NCBI GenBank assembly: GCA_000388065.2
Contig: KB932218.1
Reading direction: 5' to 3' (one strand)
From: Fonticula alba ATCC 38817
Lineage: Eukaryota; Protista; Nucleariida
DNA length: 9,675 nt
This document shows, piece after piece, positions 1 to 8,062 of this stretch (position 1 is its first letter; the number at the start of each line of letters is the position of its first letter). The notes below the pieces were generated by a model that saw nothing but the letters and a program-made list of their open reading frames with translations, made no database searches and had not been told where the DNA came from. A program made the translations under genes and the position numbers.

Positions 1-273
1 GCGCGGCGCGGGCCCGCCGGCACACGCACGTCGGACGGGCCGAGCAGCCGCCGCGGCGCCGAGAGGATGCCGGTCGCGGCCGCCGCGTCGGCCACCGCCG
101 CGAAGGGCACCGGCCCCGGCGGGCCGCCCCCCGGGGGGGCGCACACCGCGAAGCAGGCGCCCAGCAGCACCTCCGGCTGGAGGACCCGGCCCTGCAGCGG
201 CCCCGGCCCGGGGGCCAGTGCGTCCACGTCGCACCCGGCCAGGAGCGATATTTCCGCGGCCCGCGCGTCGGGC
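1..273 (-). CDS. Exon 2 of the same hypothetical gene, 3'-truncated by the window (PDARAAEISLLAGCDVDALAPG...QPEVLLGACFAVCAP...)
   Basis: Stop-free to position 1 in the frame set by the intron; CTG/GCC/GAC/GTG codon usage like the main gene. Confidence 0.6.
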
Positions 274-348
274 CTTGTCAAGCGCGGCCACCAGCCCGGT
301 TAGACATCGCCACCCGGCCGCAAGCCAATCCGCGGGGAAGAAGCGCAC
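274..348 (-). other. Spliceosomal intron (75 nt)
   Basis: - strand GTGCGC...CTAAC (303-299)...TTGACAAG. The AG at 275-274 is the first AG after the branch motif. Splicing removes the in-frame TAA (302-300), and donor and acceptor phases match. Confidence 0.7.
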
Positions 349-557
349 CGCGCCCGGACGGTCAGCCCGCCGAGGTCCAGCAGGAGCGGCCCCGCGGACC
401 CGGCCGCCAGCCGGGCAAACAGCCCCGGCTCCATGAGCAGCTCCCCGAGCGGGACGCGCCCGCCGCGCGCCCCCTCGGGCCCGGCCGGCCGCGGGTCCGC
501 CGCCACGGGCACCCGGATGCCATCCAAACAAAAGACCCACCGGGGGCTGCGATCCAT
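349..557 (-). CDS. Exon 1 of a hypothetical protein gene (MDRSPRWVFCLDGIRVPVAAD...LLLDLGGLTVRAR); function unknown
   Basis: ATG at 557 preceded on the - strand by C14 and a (CA)-rich leader; codons mostly end in G/C; ends at a phase-2 donor CG|GTGCGC (348). An upstream start or further upstream exons cannot be excluded. Confidence 0.6.
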
Positions 558-957
558 GACGTGCGTATGTGTGTGTGGGGGGGGGGGGGGCGAGGGGCGC
601 AGGGAGAAAGGGCGCCGAGAAGTGCGGCTGTGGGTGCCTGGGGCTGGGCCGCCCCGGGGGACGGCCGCGGCATCTCGGCCCGGCTCCGACAAAAAGCCCC
701 CCCTGCCCGGCCCTCCTGCCGTGCGGGGCGGGCGCCGCGCACCAATCGCCGCACCGATCATGACCGCCGGGCACGCAGGTCCTGGGGGCCGGGGCCGCCG
801 TGAGGTGCCAACGCAACGGGCCGCCCCGCCCAGCGGTGTCGGCGCCCCAGGCCCGGCGAGAGCGCGCCCGGCCGCCGGCTGGCCTCGTCCCGGGCGCGGC
901 CGGACGCCGCCCGACACCGGGTCTCACACCCGGGTCCGGGGGACGGCCCCCCGCGTA

Positions 958-987
958 NNNNNNNNNNNNNNNNNNNNNNNNNNNNNN
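958..987. other. Assembly gap (30 N)
   Basis: Run of n; any ORF crossing it has an unreliable frame. Confidence 1.
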
Positions 988-1043
988 GAAAAGGATGGCA
1001 GGCGCCGCCCTCCATGTGAGGCGGTCTATGGCCAGGGGGCATT

Positions 1044-1502
1044 TCACGCCCGCGGCGCATTCGGCCGGCCCCCCACGAGGGGAACCGCCAACGGCAGGCC
1101 GCAGGCCACACGCGGCAGGCGGGAGATCCCCCTGGCGTGCATGCGTGTCCGGAGGCCGGGCAGCCAGCCGTGCGCAGGCCCCCGGCGCGCACCCGGGCAC
1201 GAGTGCACATCCTGCAGCCGGAGCGAGCGCGGCCTGGTGTCCTCCGTGCGCGGGCGGGCCCCCGGCAGGGGGGGGGGGCAGGCGCCGGGGGCCGAGAAGC
1301 CCGCCCCCGCGGCCAAGCCCACAGGCAGGCCCGAGCAGCGAAAGCCCCAGGAGCGGCGAGGGCCCTGCCTGGCCCACGCAGGGCGCCGCGCCGGGCCGAG
1401 GCCGGAGCCGGTCCCTCGCGGCGCCCCCGGCGGCGGGTGGCTGGCCACGGGCCCGGGTCGGGGGCCACAGGTGCGGGCGCCGGTGGCCTCCATGCGCATG
1501 GG
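1044..1502 (-). CDS. Possible terminal exon of an unresolved - strand gene (PMRMEATG...TEDTRPRSLRLQDVHSC...NAPRA*)
   Basis: Preceded by CCTTTATATAG| (AG at 1504-1503), high GC3 in its distal half, TGA at 1046-1044. No recognisable domain and no convincing donor identified. Confidence 0.25.
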   Translation of the reverse strand, partial: PMRMEATGARTCGPRPGPVASHPPPGAPRGTGSGLGPARRPAWARQGPRRSWGFRCSGLPVGLAAGAGFSAPGACPPPLPGARPRTEDTRPRSLRLQDVHSCPGARRGPAHGWLPGLRTRMHARGISRLPRVACGLPLAVPLVGGRPNAPRA

Positions 1503-1822
1503 CTATATAAAGGCGACTGTGCGCCACGCACAACAGTACCGGGGCCCGGTTGTGGGGTGGCGGGAAGAGGCCCGTGCCGGCGGGGAGCCCGGTGCGCGGC
1601 AGCATGTACACCCGCGAGCTGGCGGCGGCCCTGCCCCGCCGGGCGGGCCCCCCAGCGGGCTGACCTCCACCTCCGGGCACCGGGGCGCCTTGGTCGGGGC
1701 CTCGACCGAGACCGAGGCCGGCAGCCCGACTGCCAGCCGCTTTCGGGGGTCGCCTTCGGCCGGACACGGCCACCATGCCGACCTCGGCCGTGCCCCCGCC
1801 GGCCGCGGCCCGGCCGACCGCC

Positions 1823-1917
1823 CTGCGACTCGAAGGGAAGCGCCTCCGCGCGAAGAAGGGCACGGTCAGCAATGCGAGCACGGCCGGCAGGCCACCCCGC
1901 GCCCACGGTGGACATAC
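1823..1917 (-). other. Probable spliceosomal intron (95 nt)
   Basis: Consensus donor CAG|GTATGT (1917), branch CTGAC (1869-1865), pyrimidine tracts, and three in-phase AGs ending at 1844, 1829 and 1823 (CAG). Confidence 0.5.
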
Positions 1918-2254
1918 CTGGCCCAGCGGGCATGAGCCACGCCGCGATGCAGCACACGCCCCGCACGGCCGGCAGGGCGCCGCAACCGGTGAAGCGCGCG
2001 GCGCCACGGCGCACACGGCCCTTCGCCAGGAGCAGCCTGCCCGGCGCACGGCCCATGCCCGCCGAGCCCGGCCGGAGCGTGCCGGCCTCGCCCCGGGGCA
2101 CGGGCAAGATCCCCAGCCGCTGGGCCCACCTCGGGCAATGGCTGGCCACCAGCCGCCGCAAGAGGGCCGGCCCGCTGGCCGGAGGGGCCACCGCCGCGGC
2201 CGGCAGCCCGGCGAAGTCCCACTCCCGCAGGCGAGCCACTTGCCAGCGAGAAAG
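1918..2254 (-). CDS. Possible internal exon (LSRWQVARLREWDFAGLP...VRGVCCIAAWLMPAGP); 5' boundary hidden by the poly-G tract
   Basis: Coding-like codon usage and amino-acid composition, ending at the strong 1917 donor; no family recognised. Confidence 0.35.

Positions 2255-2333
<79 letters not shown>
2255..2333 (+). repeat. C79 homopolymer (G79 on - strand)
   Basis: Counted directly; true length is uncertain for such tracts. Confidence 0.9.
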
Positions 2334-2335
<2 letters not shown>

Positions 2336-2825
2336 GGCCAGGACCGAGGCCCGAAGGACGGGACCGTCACGCCTATGGCCAGCATGCGGTGGCGCGGCAG
2401 GCCGCCCCCGGCGCACACCCATGCAGCCGGTCGCCTCGAGGCCGATGCCGGTCCGGCCACAACCGGCCCCGGCACGCGGGGCTGGCCACACGCGCCTCCG
2501 CCGCGACACGCTCGACCGCCGGCAGGGCACACCCGGCTGCACAGCGGCGGCCGGCAGCGCCGCAGCCCCGGGGCCCGGCTGGATTCCAACGCGCCTCGGA
2601 CACCCGGGGCAGGCGGCCGCCACCCAAGAAGGGCGCCGGTCGCCGCGCCCAGCACCGCCGCATGGGGCGTCGGCCGTAGGCCGCCCGCCGGCCGGGGCCG
2701 CGACACCGCGAGGCACGGCGCCCGCGGCCCCGGGGCCTGGGCCCGTGGCTGTGCCCGGCCGGCCGCGCCAGGCCCAGGACCCGGCACCCGCCGGACTCCC
2801 GGCCCCCCGGCCCACCGACCTGCCC

Positions 2826-3024
2826 CTGGGCAGAAGAAGGACAGGGAAAGACACCGGCCGGCCTCCGCGCGATCTGGGCCGGGGGGGCCGGAGGGGGGCG
2901 CCCTTCCGCGGGGCCCGCATGCCCGGGGCCAGCGCGCCTGGCCCGGGCCTCGCATCCGGCCCGGTATGCCGGGCGAGAGAACGCGCGGGCCCCGGTCCCC
3001 GTGCGGCGACCCCGCGGCACGTAC
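2826..3024 (-). other. Possible intron (199 nt)
   Basis: Strong acceptor TCTTTCCCTGTCCTTCTTCTGCCCAG| (AG 2827-2826) and candidate donor AAC|GTACGT (3024) with compatible phase 0; no clear branch motif. Confidence 0.3.
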
Positions 3025-3564
3025 GTTGGCATGCCTGCCGGCCATCCAGCAGTTGGCCCGATTTCGCGAGCGCATGCGCCGCTCACGCCACCGGCCGGGG
3101 GGCGGCCAACACGCGCCGCAGGGCGGCCGGGCCCAGCCCCGGCTGGCGCCCCCGCCCGGCCAGACTCCCCCCTGGGCCCGGGCGAGGCGCGACGCAACGG
3201 GGCCACTACCCCTGCCCGGGCGGGGCGCGCGGACGCGCACGAGCAGGGGCCGCGCTCCCCCCCCCCCCCCCCCGGACGCAACCAGGCATGCCAGCAGGAC
3301 GGCACCGACTAGCCCGGACGCCCGGCCCCCGGGCAACTTCGCGGCTGACCGCAGCCCCCTGCGTGCGCCTGCCCTACTCGGCCGGTGAAACCTCCACAAT
3401 AATAGACATATATATTCACACCATTGATATAGCCCCGCATATTTGCTGCCCATGTTTATGGATGCGTCTCGCCGGGGGGGCCCCCTCGCCCCCTTTCCGG
3501 AGATGGGCTGCGGTGGTGAGAATGTGTTCGCCATTGCCCGGCCGCCGGATTGTTGTGAGATTGT

Positions 3565-3595
3565 GGCCGCCCCTCCCGGCCGCCCCTCCCGGCCG
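3565..3595. repeat. 13-bp tandem repeat (GGCCGCCCCTCCC)x2.4 containing GC-box-like GGGGCGG on the - strand
   Basis: Units at 3565-3577 and 3578-3590, partial unit 3591-3595. Confidence 0.85.
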
Positions 3596-3625
3596 GGGGA
3601 CACACCAGACCGCCACGCTGGCCGG

Positions 3626-3655
3626 GCCGCCGGCGGGGTGCACCCCGCCGGCGGC
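3626..3655. repeat. Perfect 30-bp palindrome GCCGCCGGCGGGGTGCACCCCGCCGGCGGC
   Basis: All 15 pairs checked base by base about the axis 3640/3641. Confidence 0.97.
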
Positions 3656-3797
3656 ACTCAAGGGACGGCTTGCCCAGCGGCGGCCCAGCGCCAGGACGCC
3701 ATCTCATCGGTCTTTCCCCCGCCCCCTCCTCCCTCACTCGCCGACCCCTTGCCAGTCCTCGCCTCCTCGTGCCCCCCCCCCCCCCCCGCGGGCCCCC

Positions 3798-3993
3798 CGA
3801 GACGCATCCATAAACATGGGCAGCAAATATGCGGGCCTATATCAATGGTGTGAATATATATGTCTATTCCCGGCCCTCCCCCCCCCCCCCCCACCCCCTC
3901 CCCGGCACCCCTCCTCACCGGTGCGGACCCCCGGTCGCACCCGCGCACGCTCCTGCCAGGCCCTCGCGCCCGGCCTCGCGTCCCCGCGCGGTG
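3798..3993 (+). promoter_or_regulatory. Putative core promoter/5' leader of the large gene (TATATA at 3855-3860, C15 at 3878-3892)
   Basis: AT-rich TATA-like core about 135 bp upstream of the ATG, followed by a pyrimidine-rich leader; positional inference only. Confidence 0.35.
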
Positions 3994-4098
3994 ATGGCCA
4001 GCCTCCTCGCCGGCCGCCATCGGCCCTCGGCCCTCGCGCCGGTGCTGCCGGCGCTGCTGCTGCTGCTGCTGCTGCTGCTGCACTCGGCCGCCCGCGGC
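3994..4098 (+). other. Predicted signal peptide with (CTG)9 poly-Leu core (4054-4080)
   Basis: Basic N-region (RHR), hydrophobic core, A-R-G cleavage-like motif; judged by eye. Confidence 0.75.
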
Positions 4099-5491
4099 GC
4101 GCCGGACTTCCACACGGTCTGGCTGCTCGACAGCGACTTGTCCCCCACCCGGCAGGCGGACATTGTCTTTTGCGACTTCTTCTCCCAGAGACGACTGATG
4201 ATCGGCGGGCCGGATGGCTTCGACGACATCTTCTACCAGAAGGTCCACTTCTCGGTGCGCACGGCGCCGGAGGGCAAGCGCCGGGGCGACTTCGCCGACC
4301 CGCGCCCGGTGCGCTTCCTACCCGGCGACTCCCTGCCCAAGACCTGCTTCACGGACTATCCCTTTGCCCCGGGCGGCCCCGCGCCGATGGCCCTGTATGC
4401 GGGCCTGGTGACCAATTGGGTGAGCGAATTCACGTCCCTGGTCATGAGCCACAGCATCGGCATCTTGCTCAATGATGACATCGGCCTCCGGCGGGCATTC
4501 TCCGGGCAAACCTTTGTCATGGTCTTCGACCGGACTGCCCCCCCGCGCATGGAGCCCCACATGCTGAGCCTCGTTGACGGGGCCCTGACCCTGATCCGGG
4601 TCATGGACCTCTCGGGCAGCGCCGTCAACGACGCCTTCGGCCTGCGCGGCATCGGCCTGCTGACGGCCACCGACCTGGACGCCAATGGCCTGGTGGACGC
4701 GGTCATGGTGGCCGCCTCGGATGCCCTCCACCCGACCGGCCCGCAGTCGGTCTACTGGCTGTCCAACATCGGCCGGCCGCTCGCCGGCGCCAGCGACCTG
4801 GCCGACCTGTCGCTGCTGTACCAGCTGCCGGCCGGCTTCCGCGCCGGGCAAATGGTCGTCGGCGACTTCGACGGCGATGGCCACGCCTCGGACCTGGCCG
4901 TGGTGTCCGGCGCCGGGTCCACCGCCCCGGAGCAGGTGATCTTCCTGCTGACGTCGGACCTGGCGGCCCCGGTGCACCTGCTGCTGGCCGACATGGTCGT
5001 TGATGATTTGGCCCTGGCCTCGGTGGCCGTGGACCAACGGCAGCCGAAGATCGCCCGCGCGCCCGGGCTCGCGGCCCCGGGCCATGACAGCCTGCTGGTG
5101 GCCCACGGCAGCCGGGTGTGGCTGGTGCCGGGGCCGGTGCGGCCGGCCGGCGGCCGGCCATCGGACCTCGGCCTGCTGGAGGCCCACGGGGCCGGCCTGC
5201 TGCCGGACTTCCCCACCCACTCGGACGTCTGGTGGTCGGTGGCCACCGGGGACTTCGACGGGGACGGCCATCTGGACGTGGCCCTGGCCCACGGGTCCAT
5301 GGGCGGGCAGGTGCTGCTCCTGTCGCAGGTGGCCGCCTCGCCGAACTGCCTGTGCGGCCCGGGCGCCCGCTGCCTCCATGGGGGCTTCTTCGAGCAGCCC
5401 ACCTGCCAGTGTCTGGACCCGAATGTGGACCCGGGCACGGACTTCGCCCCGTGCGAGTTCTGCCGGCCGGGCTTCTTCCGCGCGACGAACG
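3994..5491 (+). CDS. Exon 1 of a large secreted/cell-surface protein: signal peptide, FG-GAP-like repeats, EGF/laminin-EGF-like segment
   Basis: MASLLAGRHRPSALAPVLPALLLLLLLLLHSAARG/APDF. Ca-loop motifs DLDANGLVD (4672), DFDGDGHASD (4864), DFDGDGHLD (5251). Cys-rich CLCGPGARCLHGG...CQC...CEFCRPGFF from 5347. Strong GC3 bias; ends at phase-1 donor G|GTGCGT. Confidence 0.9.
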
Positions 5492-5636
5492 GTGCGTTCG
5501 GCCACCGGCCCCCTGCCCCCTGCCGGGGCTTCCCATGGTGCCCGAGGCCCGGCATCCGGACACTGACAGCCTTGCGGCCGCTCCTGCGACTTGCCCCGGC
5601 CCTGGGCCCCCTGGCCGGCGCGGCCGCATCCCCCAG
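5492..5636 (+). other. Spliceosomal intron (145 nt, phase 1)
   Basis: GTGCGT donor, CTGAC branch motif at 5563-5567, first usable AG in CCCCCAG (5636). Splicing gives the coherent junction CRPGFFRATN-D-APCQRCHDTC and switches into the long open frame. Confidence 0.85.
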
Positions 5637-8026
5637 ACGCCCCGTGCCAGCGGTGCCATGACACGTGTGCCGCGTGCACCGGGCCCGGGCCCGGCGACTG
5701 CCGGGCCTGCCACGGGCCGCAGCTGCTCCGCCGCGGGGCCTGCGTCGACACCCCCGAGCCGGAGGTGACGGTGACCCGCTCGGCCCCCAGTGCGCGGGTC
5801 TTCTATGAGGCCACCCCGGCCGGGGGGTTCCCCATCCCCGGCGGGTCATTCACTTCGGTCATGCCCTTCCTTGCCGACGCCCCGATGGGCGCCTCCATGG
5901 GCACGGTCGAGACAAACGTCCGCCTGCGGCTGGAATTGACGGACTCCCCCCCGCCCGAGGGGCTGAGCTTCCTCAGGAACTATAGCGCCAACAGGTTGCT
6001 GACCTTCCGGCGGACGCCCCTGCACGGGGGCCTCCAGGCGGTGGCCGAGGCCGAAGCCCCGCTCAACTCCCATCCCCTGGTCAAGTACAACCAAAAGCTG
6101 GCCTTTCTGCCGAACAGCGGCGCCATCATGACCTGCGCCCAGGCCAACCTGGCCGGCCAGTGCCAGCGCATCCAACAAAATGACGGGCTCTCCCTGGAGC
6201 ATATCACCATCGGCCGGCTGGCCGGCGAGCCCGGGCCGGACGCCATCATGCGCGTGTACAATGGCCCGGCCTTTGGCTACCGGGCCATCACCAATGGCAC
6301 CCTGCTGTCGGTGCACTGGGCCGCGGTCGACAATGATTTTGGCATCGAGACCATGGTGGTCCTCGACCAGGAGGTCACCCTCAACACCGGGCCCGACTTC
6401 GGCCCGGCCGGGTCCTGTACCCTGCGCTGGTTCCCCTTCCAGTCGTTTGAGGTGTCCTCGCTGCCGGCCCTGCCGGCCGAGGTCCTCCTGCCGGCCATCC
6501 CCTGTGGCAGCCTCATCCCGGTGATGCCGGGCCCGGGCCAGCGCCCGGGCTTCCTGCTGGTGCCGCGCGTGCCGGTCCCCCACGAGGGCGACCAGGTGGT
6601 GCTGTTTCTCCTGCGGAACACCGCCACCGGGGCGCAGCACATGCGGCCGGATTTCCCGGCCCCGGTGCCCCTCCTGACCTTGGGGCATTTGGCCGACCGG
6701 GGCGATTTCCCGGGCACTGGCCGGGCCCTGGTGGCCCAGTCCGACCCGCTGGTCATGGGCCCCGGCCGGGCGCGGGTCTTCCTGTGGACCGGCGCCTGGC
6801 TGCTCCTGGTGGATGTGACCTTTGACCAGGGCGAGGGGCCGGCCGCCAGCCATGCGGTGGCCGTGGCCCATGAGCCGCTGGTGCCGCGGCACTCCTTCGG
6901 CCATTTTACCGGCGACCCGGTGTACATGGCCGTGCTGGAAGTGGAGCAAGGGGGCCCCAGCTCGGCCGTGGCCCTGCTCAACATGCGCACCCGTGTCGGC
7001 GCGGTCTTCCACCCGGGCACCCGGGACAATGGCTGCGGCTGTGGCATCCTCGGGCAATGCCTTCCCCCGAGTGCCTGGCATGAGGGGGTGGCATGCTCGT
7101 CGAACTTCGGGCCCGGGGACAGCAGCCCCCCCCCGAGTGTCGCCACCAATGAGCACTGCATCTACTTCCCGACCAGCCTCCGGGTGGGGGACTTGTGCCA
7201 GTGCGCCAGCGGGTCGGCCCCGTTGGATGTGCCGGCCGGCGACCTGTGCGAGGCATGCCAGCCGGATGCCAGCGCCTCCGGCACCCCGGTGCATGCCACC
7301 ACCGAGGCCGCCTCCGGCCCGCTGGACATGGGGGCGGCCGCCTGTGACGCCTGCCCGGTCGAGGGGTGCCAGCTGTGCCAGGGGCCCCGGTGCATCCGCT
7401 GCCAGCCGGGGCTGATGCTCACCGAGTCCGGGCGCTGCGCCGCCCGGTGCGATGTGCCCGATGCCCCGGTGCTGAATGGCCACCAGTGTCAGGCCCCCGG
7501 GCCGGGGGACGTCTGGCTGGCGGCCCAGCACATTCCCCTGCACCCGGCCTGGGCGGCCATGGAGGCGTCGCAAGTGTCGCCGCTGCGGGTGGCCCGCTCG
7601 TCGGCCGGCCACTCGGCGCTCCTGCTCTCGGCCCAGAGCTTCCTGCACCTGTCGCGCGTCCGGCCGGAGGATGGCCAGCGCGAGGACTGGATGGTCTCGG
7701 TGGCCGGGCTCCTGCCGGACGCGCGGCCGATCGAGCCGCGGGCCATTCACCCGGCCACTGCCATGGACTTCATGCGGGGCTACTGCACCGGCGGCACGAG
7801 CAGCGTCAACATGCTGGCCGGCACCCGGCCGGCCGGGCGGTCGGCCGGCCGATTGCCAGCCGGCCCCTGGGCCGGTCCTCTGCCCGGGTGGCTGGCCCCC
7901 TCGCTGTTGGGGGACCCCCCGGCCTGGGGCCAGTCCGGCCTGGCGGCCGCCAGCCCTGGCACCCCTGCCCCAGGGGCGGGCCCCCTGACCGGGGGGGCCT
8001 CTCCCTCCGCCGGGCGGGCTACCCCG

Positions 8027-8062
<36 letters not shown>

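Larger units (their letters stand above)
3401..3868. repeat. Long inverted repeat: 71-bp arms 3401-3471 and 3798-3868 with a 326-bp spacer (MITE/foldback-like or symmetric promoter)
   Basis: The reverse complement of AATAGACATATATATTCACACCATTGATATAGCCCCGCATATTTGCTGCCCATGTTTATGGATGCGTCTCG matches 3798-3868 except at one base (3433/3836). Arms are 29/71 GC (41%) in a far more GC-rich background. Confidence 0.97.

Noticed and set aside
654-948. 13-bp direct repeat CCGGGGGACGGCC at 654-666 and 936-948
   Set aside because: Short, almost all G/C, and plausible by chance; no element features between the copies.
1505-1539. Very short (about 37 nt) - strand intron GTACTG...TATAG
   Set aside because: Much shorter than the other introns here, with a weak donor and no branch motif.
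1-3657. - strand frame with no stop for about 1,200 codons (absent from the track because it runs off the window)
   Set aside because: It crosses the N gap and C79. At 1-557 it is the shifted frame whose first codon position falls on the GC-rich third positions of the real CDS, which suppresses stops, and its own codon usage there is poor.
3401-3868. Autonomous transposon, tRNA/snoRNA or CRISPR interpretation of the repeat
   Set aside because: No transposase ORF, no cloverleaf or box motifs recognised, and only two inverted copies rather than spaced direct repeats.
433-4475. Long + strand ORFs 433-1935, 1137-4475 and 1775-3388
   Set aside because: Arg/Pro/Gly/Ala-rich, no domains, cross the gap or homopolymer, and local splice signals point to the - strand; explained by extreme GC content.
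5561-5569. CTGACAG as the intron-1 acceptor
   Set aside because: The AG is only 2 nt from the branch A and leads to a stop at 5659; the AG at 5636 restores the furin-like repeat.
3829-5661. 610-aa ORF-track protein as the full product
   Set aside because: It probably starts too early (signal peptide begins at ATG 3994) and reads through the 5492-5636 intron; the spliced frame continues past 9675.
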